Of a stretch of 33,559 nucleotides of DNA, positions 31,103-33,559 are shown one piece after another. The number at the start of each line of letters is the position of its first letter. Within the stretch, counting starts at the first letter, position 1. Below the pieces are notes generated by a model. It had not been told where the DNA came from. It saw only the letters and a list, made by a program, of their open reading frames with translations, and ran no database searches. The position numbers and the translations under genes are program-made. Origin of the DNA: a virus (lineage: Duplodnaviria > Heunggongvirae > Uroviricota > Caudoviricetes); the IMG/VR virus record IMGVR_UViG_2711768071_000021, one strand, 5' to 3'.

Positions 31103-31465
31103 TTAATGCATTATGGGGTAAATCTTCACCCCCAGACGTCCACCAGATACTGGCTGACCACGAACGATATTGATTTCATCAAACTGCTCATCGTCCATTA
31201 ACACTCCCGCATGCGTCAGCGCATCCAGCGGTGCTTTCAGGATATTGTCCAGGTCGCGACGACGCTTATCCGGTGGCTCTGCAATCACCTTTATCGCCAG
31301 CCTTCCGGACAGGTTTAATTTCAGCCGCTGCTGGCGAACAATTAGCGCCACATCACGGCGATAACGCTTTCCGGCCTCCGAGATGAAATACGTATTGCCA
31401 TGACGTCGCCAGTAGGTATTCACCGTCGGCGGGTAAGGCAAAACAAATTCTATGCGTTCAGTCAT
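31103..31465 (-). CDS. rusA: Holliday junction resolvase RusA
   Basis: 120 aa, MTERIEFVLPYPPTVNTYWRRHGNTYFISEAGKRYRRDV..., RusA family; start overlaps the upstream stop. Confidence 0.9.
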   Translation of the reverse strand: MTERIEFVLPYPPTVNTYWRRHGNTYFISEAGKRYRRDVALIVRQQRLKLNLSGRLAIKVIAEPPDKRRRDLDNILKAPLDALTHAGVLMDDEQFDEINIVRGQPVSGGRLGVKIYPIMH

Positions 31466-32524
31466 TCATGCTTTCCACTTCAGGACACCCGAATTTCTCG
31501 CGTGCATTAAAAAACGAATCAGCAACAACAGCTGGCTGCCGTGTTTTTCTTCAAAATCTTTTACCCCGGCGTGCAGTTCGTTATGACATTTACGGCACAG
31601 CGGAATAACAAACAAATCATCAGCCTTTGTTCCCATACCTCCCAGGCCATGACCAATGATGTGATGCGGATCATCTGCCTGATTACCGCACGTCATGCAT
31701 TTCTGCGTTTTTACCCAGCGCGTGTATACAGGCATCTCTTCCCGTTGTGGTTTCTGGCGCTGGAGATACTGAGCCGGAGACTCCGGATCAACGGCGATGC
31801 TTACTAACGTCTTTTCCTGGAGTGGGGGCTGTTGCTGGTGGACGTGAAGTGGCAGCGCAATATTTTTTGTGCGCTGCTTCAGTATGCTGGTGGCAGTCTG
31901 TTCTCCCGGTACGATGTCACTCTCACGGTATACGGAGCGGATTTTTTCCACCGGTAATCCCAGTGAACGACACAATACAGACTCCGGAAGCGCATCAGCC
32001 ACCTGATTGCAGACCGCCCACCAGGATAATTCGGCCAGCGATAACTCCCTCTCCTGCGTACCGCTGATTGCGTGACGGATGACGTCAATCATCCATGCTG
32101 ACAAGTTTTGGTGAGCAAGTTGCTCAAGTGATTCTGAGGTCTGGTCACACAACTGGTTGTCGCAGTGCCAGCACAACACCATTGCGCCGGTACCATAACG
32201 GTGAATGACGGTTTCACTGTGGTGATAATCACCGTGTGGCCACTGGCAGGATTTAATATGGCGCAACAGCCAGTCAGACAGTGCACCAGCGCCGCCAGCA
32301 GCACGAATCACACGCTCATTGCTGAAAAATGGCAGTAATGATTTATCCTCCGCCAGCGGCTGGCGAACGGCAGGGACGACTCCGGATGGCAGGCCGCACA
32401 TGCTTTTCGGTTCCGGCTCCACCAGCACTCGAGGATTATGAAATATCTGTATGGATTCACGGCCCGGCTTAAGGACCACCAGCCCAAGCTCAGGCACCAG
32501 AACAGGTCTAAGTAATACCCGCAC
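31466..32524 (-). CDS. ydfU: DUF968-family protein (YdfU-like) with C-terminal HNH-like Cys/His motif
   Basis: 352 aa; GTG start with GGAGG 5 nt upstream; C-terminal CMTCGN...HHIIGHG...CRKCHNELH; same position (upstream of Q) as ydfU in Qin. Family name from memory. Confidence 0.7.
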   Translation of the reverse strand: MRVLLRPVLVPELGLVVLKPGRESIQIFHNPRVLVEPEPKSMCGLPSGVVPAVRQPLAEDKSLLPFFSNERVIRAAGGAGALSDWLLRHIKSCQWPHGDYHHSETVIHRYGTGAMVLCWHCDNQLCDQTSESLEQLAHQNLSAWMIDVIRHAISGTQERELSLAELSWWAVCNQVADALPESVLCRSLGLPVEKIRSVYRESDIVPGEQTATSILKQRTKNIALPLHVHQQQPPLQEKTLVSIAVDPESPAQYLQRQKPQREEMPVYTRWVKTQKCMTCGNQADDPHHIIGHGLGGMGTKADDLFVIPLCRKCHNELHAGVKDFEEKHGSQLLLLIRFLMHARNSGVLKWKA

Positions 32525-32525
32525 G

Positions 32526-32798
32526 TTACCTCCAGATCCGTTGCTGGAAAGTGCGGGACGGACGTGGTGGGCGTTCGGAATAAGGCAGCCTGACAGAGAT
32601 TATCCAGTGCCGATAGTCGAGACTGAGAGCTTTCTTAACCTCGAACCCGCGCCTGCGGTAAGAATGAATCAGCCATTCGGCCTGTTCTTCAGTACATGGT
32701 GGGTGTTGGTACCAGTCGGTTTTAAATGCGTGTGAACGCCGCTCATGCCGGATGGCAAGGTCGGTATCAGAATTGTGAAATTTGGTTTTGTGCGCCAT
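32526..32798 (-). CDS. Hypothetical protein (Rem-like by position)
   Basis: 90-aa ORF with ATG start, tightly coupled to the ydfU-like gene (1-nt gap). Confidence 0.55.
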   Translation of the reverse strand: MAHKTKFHNSDTDLAIRHERRSHAFKTDWYQHPPCTEEQAEWLIHSYRRRGFEVKKALSLDYRHWIISVRLPYSERPPRPSRTFQQRIWR

Positions 32799-32868
32799 CT
32801 GTTTTCTCTGCTGGCGCAGCAGGTGTCAGGTGTTCAGGCTGACGTGCGAATTGTAAACCAGAATGCCA

Positions 32869-32897
32869 GGAAAAAACAAAACCCGCCGAAGCGGGTT
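32869..32897 (-). terminator. Intrinsic terminator downstream of the hok gene
   Basis: Hairpin ACCCGC-ttcg-GCGGGT followed by TTTGTTTTTT on the minus strand. Confidence 0.65.
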
Positions 32898-32965
32898 AAG
32901 TGCGGGTGCGTTGAGGATGCCTGACACATCAGCGGTGGCGAGGGATTTCTCCCCCGCCTGGTCTC

Positions 32966-33121
32966 TTACTCCTCAGGTTCGTAAGCTGTGAAGACAGCGA
33001 CCTCCGTCTGGCCGGTTCGGATTCGTACCTCGCAGAGGTCTTTCCTCGTTACCAGTGCCGTCACTATGACGGTTAAACAGATGACGATCAGGGCGATTAA
33101 CATCGCCTTTTGCTGCTTCAT
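32966..33121 (-). CDS. hokD: Hok-family type I toxin (HokD/RelF-like)
   Basis: Hand translation MKQQKAMLIALIVICLTVIVTALVTRKDLCEVRIRTGQTEVAVFTAYEPEE (51 aa), matching my memory of HokD; below the ORF-track cutoff. Confidence 0.85.
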   Translation of the reverse strand: MKQQKAMLIALIVICLTVIVTALVTRKDLCEVRIRTGQTEVAVFTAYEPEE

Positions 33122-33177
33122 AGCCTGCTTCTCCTTGACCTTTCGGTCCGTAAGAGGCTAATCTCTATGTGTCGCAT
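33118..33177 (-). CDS. Short leader ORF translationally coupled to hok (mok-like)
   Basis: 19 codons (MRHIEISLLRTERSRRSRL); GAGG 6 nt upstream; its TGA overlaps the hok ATG (ATGA). Confidence 0.4.
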   Translation of the reverse strand: MRHIEISLLRTERSRRSRL

Positions 33178-33379
33178 AGATATGGCCTCAGATTAATGTT
33201 AAGCGTCTTGCAGGACGCGTAATGTTAACTGGGGCTTTTCTCTATCTGCCTTTTGGTGTTCATGCCTGAGACAGATAGCCTCAAGCACCCGCAGTCATTC
33301 TACTTAACTAAGATTTCCCCGCAAACCGTTTTTGTCCGGCACAGTAAATATCCAACTAAACCAATGGCGTTCGCTGTAT

Positions 33380-33559
33380 TTACCGCCAGTATTCAATGCA
33401 CATGACCGCCATGAACACCCCTAAAAAAAGGGCATTTATATATCCAAATATTAATATCAAAACATCAACTTTTTCCATATACCTTGCTGTGAAGATGATG
33501 GGCATACATGATACGAACAACCAGAACGCAACAAACAAAAACTGCAATGCGTTTTTCAT
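33380..33559 (-). CDS. Hypothetical small hydrophobic protein (59 aa), start at the window edge
   Basis: MKNALQFLFVAFWLFVSCMPIIFTARYMEKVDVLILIFGYINALFLGVFMAVMCIEYWR; the ATG is the last three bases of the window, so the true start may lie beyond it. Confidence 0.3.
   Translation of the reverse strand: MKNALQFLFVAFWLFVSCMPIIFTARYMEKVDVLILIFGYINALFLGVFMAVMCIEYWR

Overview
The window is almost entirely the late (morphogenesis, lysis, late-control) region of a lambdoid prophage, transcribed right-to-left (minus strand). It is inserted into a 5'-truncated MFS transporter gene (ydfJ-like), the same junction as the defective Qin prophage of E. coli K-12, but here the structural module looks intact. 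Gene order on the minus strand, from right to left: hok toxin, rem-like, ydfU-like, rusA, Q antiterminator, late promoter and terminator (PR'/tR'-like), two tRNAs (Ile2-CAU, Arg-UCU), a cargo region of unknown genes, pinholin/SAR-endolysin/Rz/Rz1 lysis cassette, bor (plus strand), HNH endonuclease, small and large terminase, portal, prohead protease, HK97-type major capsid protein, head-tail connector genes, major tail protein, G/GT frameshifted chaperone, tape measure, M-L-K-I-J tail tip genes, lom, side tail fiber and tail fiber assembly, then Pin invertase and ydfK on the plus strand. No integrase, immunity region, CRISPR array, IS element or Shiga toxin gene is present. I did not find an obviously novel multi-gene system; the best candidate for undescribed biology is the AT-rich cargo region between the tRNAs and the holin (about 28.4-29.8 kb). 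All protein assignments are from reading the translations against remembered protein families, not from searches. Coordinates I derived myself (small ORFs, hairpins, tRNAs, promoter) are approximate to a few nt; around 18.7-19.1 kb the printed sequence and the ORF track disagreed by 1 nt in my reading, so I kept the track coordinates there.
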